NCBI GenBank assembly: GCA_030679115.1
Contig: JAUXTS010000046.1
Coordinates: forward strand, 1-15,788
Source of the DNA: an archaeon
GTDB lineage: Archaea > Nanobdellota > Nanobdellia > Pacearchaeales > GW2011-AR1
Reading direction: 5' to 3'
DNA length: 15,788 nucleotides
Every line of letters begins with the position of its first letter. Position 1 is the first letter of the stretch. The notes under the pieces are model-generated. The model had not been told where the DNA came from and searched no databases. It saw only the letters and a list, made by a program, of their open reading frames with translations. A program made the translations under genes and the position numbers. Shown here piece after piece: positions 6,376 to 12,311 of the stretch.

Positions 6376-7395
6376 ATGGAAAATCCAAAAATAACGACTG
6401 AATTCAAATGGAATAGATATCCTGAAAATACAGGTTGTCCGTCACTTAGAACTATTCTTGCTTATCAAGATAATTCAGTAACTAATAATGTAGTCCCTCA
6501 AATCCTTACCCTCGCAGATGCTGAAAGAGTTGAAAGAAGTTATGGTACAGTGACTTTAACTGATGAAAAAACTGGAAAAACTATTGTTCTCGGCCCAAGT
6601 TTTTTTCCTGCAAACCTTTTCTTTGAGCTTCATTTCAAATATTATGGTGTGCCTAATCGTCCAATGCCAAGCAAAGTATCAGTTGTAACAAAAGTTCCGC
6701 AAACGCCAAAAGAATTTTTCCAAGTCTACAGGGAGATGAAAGAAGAAGGGATTGATGTAATCTTGAGATGTCCTGGAAAAATGTCTGATATTGATATGGC
6801 ATTTAATATGGCGAGAGGAGAAAATTCTCTAAAGGATTCTCTTGAAGAAATAATGTGTTCCCCAAATAAGCCAATTCTCATTGATTTAATTCATGAAAAT
6901 CAATCAGAAAAATTCAGGCAAACAATTATAGAAAGATGCAAAAAGAAAATTGATGAGAATACATTCGAAAATCCTCAAATACTTGCAGGAGATTTAAAAT
7001 TATATGACGAAAAAGGATATCCTATTCTTGAATCTTCTAGACATAAGAATACACATTATGAACATTCTATGTTTAAAATTGAAATGCCTAAAAAACCTCA
7101 TCTATTAAGATACCTTATTCCATTTAACGAAACTAATCTTGGAAATTTACAGCAATTGCTTGCAGAAAAATTAATTACCTATATTTCAAGAATGCACTCT
7201 CAAGTTCCTGCAATAAAACAGGCAATGGAAGAACAAAAAGATAATGAAGATGAAAATGAAAGAATAAAAAGAAACACTATTTTACAAGCACGTAAAGAAG
7301 CAGAAGAAGATAAAGAAAGATTGAAAGAAATAGGTGCAATGAGCAAAGCAAGAGAGAAAAATCCCAATAAATTTTCATTTCCGATAATGTTCTAA
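6376..7395 (+). CDS. hypothetical protein with no family recognised; Lys/Glu-rich C-terminal segment ending in an aromatic tail
   Basis: Long uninterrupted ORF of normal composition. The track starts it at TTG 6370; I prefer ATG 6376. It ends 47 nt before nre on the same strand. The C-terminus reads ..EEQKDNEDENERIKRN..KEAEEDKERLKE..NKFSFPIMF. Confidence 0.6.
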   Translation: MENPKITTEFKWNRYPENTGCPSLRTILAYQDNSVTNNVVPQILTLADAERVERSYGTVTLTDEKTGKTIVLGPSFFPANLFFELHFKYYGVPNRPMPSKVSVVTKVPQTPKEFFQVYREMKEEGIDVILRCPGKMSDIDMAFNMARGENSLKDSLEEIMCSPNKPILIDLIHENQSEKFRQTIIERCKKKIDENTFENPQILAGDLKLYDEKGYPILESSRHKNTHYEHSMFKIEMPKKPHLLRYLIPFNETNLGNLQQLLAEKLITYISRMHSQVPAIKQAMEEQKDNEDENERIKRNTILQARKEAEEDKERLKEIGAMSKAREKNPNKFSFPIMF

Positions 7396-7442
7396 TTTTT
7401 AAACACAACAATCCCTTTAAACTCAAATCGCATTTCTATTGA

Positions 7443-8609
7443 ATGCTCTGCAGAATATGCGGCGATGAAAATTGCAAAAAACATTCTTTTCTTCTTGGAA
7501 AAGCCGTAAAAATAACTGAATTTTCAGGCTCTTCTCCTCCAGAAATATTTGTAGGAAAATGGGATTATCCTAATGTTTATGCTGGAATTCTCTCTCCCCA
7601 ACAATGCGGAAACACCGAAATATTTTCATCGCATGAAACCTGGCATAAAAAACGCCTTCCAATTCCAAATATCTTAGAATTACGAAATAACCTCATCTAT
7701 GGACGTTCTAAAGTAGATATTAAAAAAGCTGCTCAAAATCCAACTCAATTCAATCAAGTAATGCAGGAAGTTGCAATGACGCATAAATCAATTTCTGCCC
7801 AATTCAAATTGAAAAATCCTATTCTTCAAAAACAAAAAGAGCAGGACGCCAGTATCCCTTTAATTCGTCATGCTGCAGAAATCTCAAAAGTAACTCTTCA
7901 GGAAAATCCTTCAATAAGGCCAAAAGTAGACTATCTTGTCAATGATACAGAAGTAAAATCAATTCATGCAATTCAAGAGCTCGATAAATCTGGAATCTCC
8001 ACATCAACTATAATGAAAATTCTCTCTGCTGGACTTCTCGGTTTAAAAAAGAATAGAAAATTAGTCCCAACTCGCTGGTCGATAAGCAGTGTAGATTCTA
8101 TATTATCTGAAAAAAAGATTGAAGAAATAAAAGATTTCCCCCTTATTAACGAATATTTAGTATTTTATGATGAATATATTGGTAATCATTATGAAATAAT
8201 TTTAATCCCTCGATTTTGGAGTTTTGAAGTTATAGAAATAAGCATGAAAAATTTTGGAGTTTGGAAAGATTATGAATCATTTTTTAAAAGAAAAACATAT
8301 GCAGACAGCGTAACCGGAGCTTACTATACCAATAGATTAGCCGTCAGCGAGTATCTCAAAAGAATAAAAAAACAGGCAACGATATTGATATTGAGAGAAA
8401 TTCGCCCGGAATATTATGCACCTTTAGGAGTAGGTATTTTAAGAGAAACAACTCGCTCTGCTTTCATTAAACAACCAAATAAATTTAATAATTTACAAGA
8501 TGCCTTCAAAGATGCGCAATCTCGTTTAAGAATTCCAATTGATAGATATTTAAAAGAAAGTCAATTATTGAAAAACCTGCAACAGAAGACCCTTAATAGT
8601 TATCTGTAA
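7443..8609 (+). CDS. Nre-family archaeal DNA repair protein with C-terminal PIP box
   Basis: N-terminal Cys cluster (CRICGDENCKKH), then F.GSSPPEIFVGKWDYPNVYAGILSP, KLVPTRWSISSVD, GAYYTNRLAVSEYL and LREIRPEYYAPLGVGILRE, which are the conserved blocks I associate with Nre_N/Nre_C. The last 8 residues, QKTLNSYL, fit Q-x-x-[LIM]-x-x-[FYW]-[FYWL]. Confidence 0.8.
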   Translation: MLCRICGDENCKKHSFLLGKAVKITEFSGSSPPEIFVGKWDYPNVYAGILSPQQCGNTEIFSSHETWHKKRLPIPNILELRNNLIYGRSKVDIKKAAQNPTQFNQVMQEVAMTHKSISAQFKLKNPILQKQKEQDASIPLIRHAAEISKVTLQENPSIRPKVDYLVNDTEVKSIHAIQELDKSGISTSTIMKILSAGLLGLKKNRKLVPTRWSISSVDSILSEKKIEEIKDFPLINEYLVFYDEYIGNHYEIILIPRFWSFEVIEISMKNFGVWKDYESFFKRKTYADSVTGAYYTNRLAVSEYLKRIKKQATILILREIRPEYYAPLGVGILRETTRSAFIKQPNKFNNLQDAFKDAQSRLRIPIDRYLKESQLLKNLQQKTLNSYL

Positions 8610-9897
8610 CATTATTATCTCTAAATGGAACTTTCCATTCTGAAATATTTGGATTATAAATATAAACCTCTCTAACAATTGAACCAAAAGATTTCTTTTT
8701 TCCAAAGTTTTCTCGAGTAACATAAATAGCATTAACTTCTTTAAGAATATTCAAATAATTCATAAGTGAATGAGCCCATTTCCCACCATAAGAATTCAAA
8801 TTACTTTTCTTACACAAATAAGAAACAAGTTCATATCTATGTGTTTTATTTAACTCCTTAATCGCCATTAAAACATCTTTTAAGCAAACTTTACTCGCAG
8901 ATTTAGAAGGATAAACTTTATCTAAACCAGATAATGCCTGTTCAAAATTACTTGCCTTTCCCCGATAACCGTTAATATAATCGTTTAACAAAAGCCACTT
9001 TTCTGAGTTTGGCTCAAAAAGAGCTATCCATTTATTTGCTTCGTCTTTAGTAAGTTTATTGCTCCACAATCTCCAATATTCTCCGCTCATATTTTTCATT
9101 TTAGTAAATCGTAAATTCAACAAAACTAAAATATCTGCAATTGAATCTCTAAATTCTTTGCTAGACACACATAAATCTACCTGATGCTTCATTCCAACAC
9201 CTGCCTCAAAAGTTAAAGCACCTAAAGCAAAAGATTTTCTAAAATTCAAAGAAGCATTTCTGATTATTTCTGGTTCTGAAACAGTATATACTTTTGTGCC
9301 TGAAGGAAAATCAAATACTTTTCTAAGATAAAGTGAGATAACTCCGCTATGAAATTCAATTGCCCATTCGTTACTATTTTTAACCTTCTTTATTTTATAT
9401 TTAACATCGAAAGAATTCTCTAGCCATTTGCTTAAAACTACAAGGTCGCTCTTGTAACCATCAGTAATTCTAATTAAATTTCCTGATAAAGTTCCATCTG
9501 CGGCATGAGCACCAACTATCTTACATAAATCTTCAGACAATTCCTTAACGGCTCGATACACTCTTAGTGGCGGTTGATTTATTTTCAAATAGCTTATACT
9601 ATTTTGAATATCAAAATAGTCAATTTTAACCAAATCAGCAACTTCTCTTATTAAAATTAATGGGACCCAATCTTTCATTAACCAAACAAACCTCTCGCTT
9701 ACAGATTGTGATAAATTGTATTTGCTCATTAAATAATTGGCAAATTTTCTTTTTGAACCAAAATTTATAGATATTTTTTCTATAAGTGGTTTTAAAATTT
9801 CTTTTAAATTTTCTCCATTAGCCATTACCCAACTCTCAAGCCTTTTTTCACGTTCATCAATCAACTTAAACAAATCTATCTTTACTAAATTATTCAT
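8593..9897 (-). CDS. free-standing double-motif LAGLIDADG homing-endonuclease-like protein with extra N-terminal HTH-like and C-terminal winged-helix-like regions
   Basis: Two LAGLIDADG-type motifs: LCKIVGAHAADGTL (Asp154 in track numbering, codon 9496-9498) and FALGALTFEAGVG (Glu251). They lie 97 residues apart, and the D/E pairing with this spacing resembles monomeric enzymes such as I-DmoI. I prefer the start ATG at 9895-9897 because GAGG lies 5 nt upstream and it overlaps the upstream gene by only 8 nt. The track start is 9957. Confidence 0.6.
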   Translation of the reverse strand: MNNLVKIDLFKLIDEREKRLESWVMANGENLKEILKPLIEKISINFGSKRKFANYLMSKYNLSQSVSERFVWLMKDWVPLILIREVADLVKIDYFDIQNSISYLKINQPPLRVYRAVKELSEDLCKIVGAHAADGTLSGNLIRITDGYKSDLVVLSKWLENSFDVKYKIKKVKNSNEWAIEFHSGVISLYLRKVFDFPSGTKVYTVSEPEIIRNASLNFRKSFALGALTFEAGVGMKHQVDLCVSSKEFRDSIADILVLLNLRFTKMKNMSGEYWRLWSNKLTKDEANKWIALFEPNSEKWLLLNDYINGYRGKASNFEQALSGLDKVYPSKSASKVCLKDVLMAIKELNKTHRYELVSYLCKKSNLNSYGGKWAHSLMNYLNILKEVNAIYVTRENFGKKKSFGSIVREVYIYNPNISEWKVPFRDNNVTDNY

Positions 9898-10210
9898 TTT
9901 TTCCTCGTAGTCTATAAATTTTAACAAGTCCTGAAATAGAAACCACACTAACTTCACTCTTCATATAATTCGATAAATAAATTGAAACTGTAGATTTATC
10001 TAATCCTGACTTTCTAGCAATTTCTCTAACCCACAGCCCTTGAGAATTCTCAGTCAATACTTTTCTTATCTTTCTAATTTTCTCATCATCAAATCCCCTC
10101 TTAGGCATATCTTCATTAGACATTCGTCTTATATAAATCTTTCTGTTATTTCCAGCAGCAGCCAGAAAAATTCTCCTCTCTTCAGGAAGCCTTTGTAAGA
10201 ATCCAGTCAC
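9890..10210 (-). CDS. small winged-helix/HTH DNA-binding protein
   Basis: HTH-like segment LWVREIARKSGLDKSTVSIYLSNY followed by a beta-hairpin-like tail. The track start is GTG at 10210, and ATG at 10123 is an alternative. Its end overlaps the start of the LAGLIDADG-like gene, which suggests translational coupling. Confidence 0.55.
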   Translation of the reverse strand: MTGFLQRLPEERRIFLAAAGNNRKIYIRRMSNEDMPKRGFDDEKIRKIRKVLTENSQGLWVREIARKSGLDKSTVSIYLSNYMKSEVSVVSISGLVKIYRLRGKNE

Positions 10211-10485
10211 GTCTCCGTCTTAATATAAATAATTTCATAGAAAAATCATATCTTTTGAAGAATTATGGCAAACAAACTAAAATATCTAAATTCTTCTAAT
10301 CTACTTCGCACACAATAAAGAACTCTCGTCTTCTCTCTTTCTCAAAGGAGGCATTGGCTGATTTATAACGCCCTTACATTTCATTGCAAGAACAATGAAT
10401 AAAGTATTTCTATGTTCCCTTTCGATTAACTCGAGGCCTTATAAATTTAACAAAAAGTCTTTGTCTATCAATTTATTCATAAATC

Positions 10486-10604
10486 AAAAAAACGATGCGC
10501 ACCTTGCCTTAAAAGGCAAGGTTTGAGAAAGCGCTCGTTTTTTGGATGCTCACGAACGCCTCGGCTTAAAAGCCGAGGTTTGAACGTTCGAGACATCAAA
10601 AAAA
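10486..10604. ncRNA. candidate structured RNA or miniature palindromic element: two tandem nested hairpins; strand undetermined
   Basis: Unit 1 has an inner stem ACCTTGCCTT/AAGGCAAGGT (10501-10522) inside an outer stem AAAAAACGATGCGC/GCGCTCGTTTTTT. Unit 2 has an inner stem CCTCGGCTT/AAGCCGAGG (10559-10578) inside an outer stem GATGCTCACGAACG/CGTTCGAGACATC. The two units share the loop CTTAAAAG and the 3' flank GGTTTGA, and they differ by paired compensatory changes in the stem. The segment is visibly more GC-rich than its surroundings. Confidence 0.4.
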
Positions 10605-10694
10605 CTCACTTGCTTCTAAAACTTGCAATCCTACTATATTGTCTTCTTTATTTAAATCAAAAATTATATTAATTACCTTGATTATCTCACTAGG

Positions 10695-11345
10695 ATGAAT
10701 CTTAGAAGAAATAACATTATCCATAGTTTTTGCGAATATATCACAAGGCTGGCATTATATTCTTATCACAAGATAGAGTATGAAGGAAGTGAAAACATCC
10801 CTTCTCATGGTCCTGCTCTCCTCCTTCCAAAACACACAAGCCTGAAAGACATAATGCTCGAAGGCGCATTCCTTAAAGGGCAATGCAATAGATATGGAAA
10901 CTGGGTAATGAAATCAGGACTTCCAGGAATGTATAGTTTGTTAGGCGGAATAAAGATAAAAAGGCCAAAGGACATTAAAAAAATAAAAGACAAAAAAAAG
11001 AGAAGAGCCATTTTAGAGCAGGCAAAAGAATTCAATAAACAAACAATACAATACATAGAATGGATTTATAGGAATGGAGAAATTGTAATAGTCCATCCAG
11101 AAGGCACAAGAACAGTTGGAAAAGTAAATACTCTCAAAAAAGAATTAGTCGATTTCACATTAGAAATTTCTGAAAAATACAGTTTAAACATTCCAGTTAT
11201 ACCAATAGGCATCGAATATGAGTCATTAGGGTCTCCAAGATCAAAAGTTTATCTAAGAGCCGGAAAGCAGCTTGACATTAAAACACCTAATCTTATGGAC
11301 ATTGTGAGAAGCGAAATATCAAGATTATCAAATATGAACCTATAG
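10695..11345 (+). CDS. PlsC-family (lysophospholipid/1-acylglycerol-3-phosphate-type) acyltransferase
   Basis: It has the H-x4-D motif (KHTSLKD), the PEGTR motif (VHPEGTRT) and a downstream IPVIPIGIEY block, in the order expected for the LPLAT/PlsC superfamily. A Lys-rich insert (KRPKDIKKIKDKKKRR) is also present. Confidence 0.8.
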   Translation: MNLRRNNIIHSFCEYITRLALYSYHKIEYEGSENIPSHGPALLLPKHTSLKDIMLEGAFLKGQCNRYGNWVMKSGLPGMYSLLGGIKIKRPKDIKKIKDKKKRRAILEQAKEFNKQTIQYIEWIYRNGEIVIVHPEGTRTVGKVNTLKKELVDFTLEISEKYSLNIPVIPIGIEYESLGSPRSKVYLRAGKQLDIKTPNLMDIVRSEISRLSNMNL

Positions 11346-11381
11346 CAATGGACTGAAGTATTCTACCAAATAAACCATTGC
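11345..11381. terminator. hairpin (7-bp arms GCAATGG / CCATTGC, 23-nt loop) between convergent genes
   Basis: Read directly from the sequence. It begins at the acyltransferase stop codon. Confidence 0.3.
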
Positions 11382-11391
11382 TATATTCGTG

Positions 11392-11424
11392 GGACTTTAA
11401 AGCAAAGGTAAAAATTTAAAGTCC
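11392..11424. terminator. 10-bp perfect hairpin GGACTTTAAA / TTTAAAGTCC between convergent genes
   Basis: Perfect inverted repeat with a 13-nt loop. It lies between the 3' ends of the acyltransferase (+) and tbp (-) genes. Confidence 0.45.
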
Positions 11425-11478
11425 TACGCTATAACGGAATTTCTTTCTCTATTATAGTCTGTTAATTATTTTCCATAA

Positions 11479-12030
11479 TCAAGTCTTCTTCTTTATAGCT
11501 ATCCTTATATTCTTATTCAATTGATTCATGCTGTCATCCAATTGCTGTTTATTCTTTGTTCCAGTGCAAACTAATTTGCCGTTTGAGAAAAGCAAAAATG
11601 TAGCAGTTGGTTCTTCCAATTTGTAAACTAATCCTGGAAACTGCTCAGGCTCATATTCTGTATTTTCCAACTGAAGAGCTAACAGATTAAGATTAAGATT
11701 CAAATCAATACTCCCTGAAGCAACAATGTTTTGCACCGTTATTTTAGGCTTATCAGTTATCTTAACCCCAATCTTAGCTATCTGCTTTATCACTGCCTCA
11801 ATCACCTCTTTAACTTGTGCGACACTCTTTGTTCCCGTACACACAAGATTCCCAGAAGAAAACACTAAAACAGCGGACTTCGGCTCTTTTACTCTAAGCA
11901 CAAGCCCTGGAAACTGTTCTGGATTATATTCAGTATTGCTCTGTGTCCTTGCCAATTTAGTAAGAGAAATAGGCTTTCCAAGAGAAGTTGTAGCGACGAT
12001 ATTTTGAACTTTAAGATTAGATTTTGCCAT
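11479..12030 (-). CDS. tbp: TATA-box binding protein
   Basis: Two direct TBP repeats: QNIVAT..EYNPEQFPGLVLR..SAVLVFSSGNLVCTGTKS and QNIVASG..EYEPEQFPGLVYK..ATFLLFSNGKLVCTGTKN. At 183 aa it ends in a basic tail (IKKKT). Confidence 0.95.
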   Translation of the reverse strand: MAKSNLKVQNIVATTSLGKPISLTKLARTQSNTEYNPEQFPGLVLRVKEPKSAVLVFSSGNLVCTGTKSVAQVKEVIEAVIKQIAKIGVKITDKPKITVQNIVASGSIDLNLNLNLLALQLENTEYEPEQFPGLVYKLEEPTATFLLFSNGKLVCTGTKNKQQLDDSMNQLNKNIRIAIKKKT

Positions 12031-12041
12031 TTTAGTTATTA

Positions 12042-12066
12042 TAGGAACTTGTAAATCAAGTTCTTA
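12042..12066 (-). promoter_or_regulatory. inverted repeat TAGGAACTTG-TAAAT-CAAGTTCTTA between the tbp TATA box and the tbp ATG
   Basis: 7 perfect bp (12045-12051 / 12057-12063), extendable to 10 with one G-T pair. It is positioned around the expected transcription start. Confidence 0.35.
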
Positions 12067-12068
12067 CC

Positions 12069-12098
12069 CCTTTATAAATGAATTTTCATTTATAAAGG
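12069..12098 (-). promoter_or_regulatory. perfect 14-bp-arm palindrome carrying a TTTATAAA box in each arm, upstream of tbp
   Basis: CCTTTATAAATGAA-TT-TTCATTTATAAAGG. The TATA-like octamers lie at 12071-12078 and 12089-12096. The proximal box ends about 40 nt upstream of the tbp ATG (12030). Confidence 0.5.
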
Positions 12099-12187
12099 TT
12101 ACTATGAGGCTCTGGTGAACTTTATTTGAGAAATCCTTGATTTCTCATTATAAACCTTGTTCTTTATGAAATTTTAAGAAATCATAT

Positions 12188-12310
12188 TTAATATTTCAAC
12201 TCTTTTATCTTACCTTTCTTTATATTTTTCTCGCTATTAACAATCTGTCTGAATATATCTTTATCTTCGACCATAATTTCTTTATTATATTTAATTATTT
12301 TATCTTTCAT
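12188..12310 (-). CDS. possible 40-aa small ORF immediately downstream of lig
   Basis: The ATG at 12308-12310 sits 1 nt after the lig stop (12312-12314). It translates as MKDKIIKYNKEIMVEDKDIFRQIVNSEKNIKKGKIKELKY*. It is below the ORF-track size cut-off, and I recognise no family. Confidence 0.3.
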   Translation of the reverse strand: MKDKIIKYNKEIMVEDKDIFRQIVNSEKNIKKGKIKELKY

Positions 12311-12311
12311 A

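Noticed and set aside
10266-10484. Tiny ORFs in the large gap: plus 10266.. (17 aa), plus 10395..10484 (29 aa), and a minus-strand 27-aa ORF around 10300-10385
   Set aside because: All are very short. None has a convincing SD or TATA at the right distance, and none has a recognisable motif. The strong AAGGAGG at 10343-10349 is followed only by a 4-codon TTG frame.
10486-10604. tRNA, split-tRNA half, box C/D or H/ACA sRNA, or a K-turn motif in the nested hairpins
   Set aside because: No cloverleaf can be drawn. The conserved loops are 6 nt when closed (8 nt open), not a 7-nt anticodon loop, and no GTTCRANYC-type T-loop is present. There are no RUGAUGA/CUGA boxes. There is no two-sided pseudouridylation pocket, because the internal loop is only on the 3' side. 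The strand opposite the bulge lacks the GA needed for tandem sheared G-A pairs. The element is therefore left unclassified.
10211-10694. Replication origin, considered because of the long AT-rich intergenic gap near replication and repair genes
   Set aside because: I found no repeated ORB/mini-ORB-like boxes flanking an unwinding element, and no orc1/cdc6 gene is adjacent. The only repeats are the two hairpin units.
11686-11705. Tandem hexamer AGATTA x3 inside tbp
   Set aside because: It simply encodes the LNLNLN stretch in the linker region of the second TBP repeat, in frame. It is a short coding microsatellite and not a separate feature.
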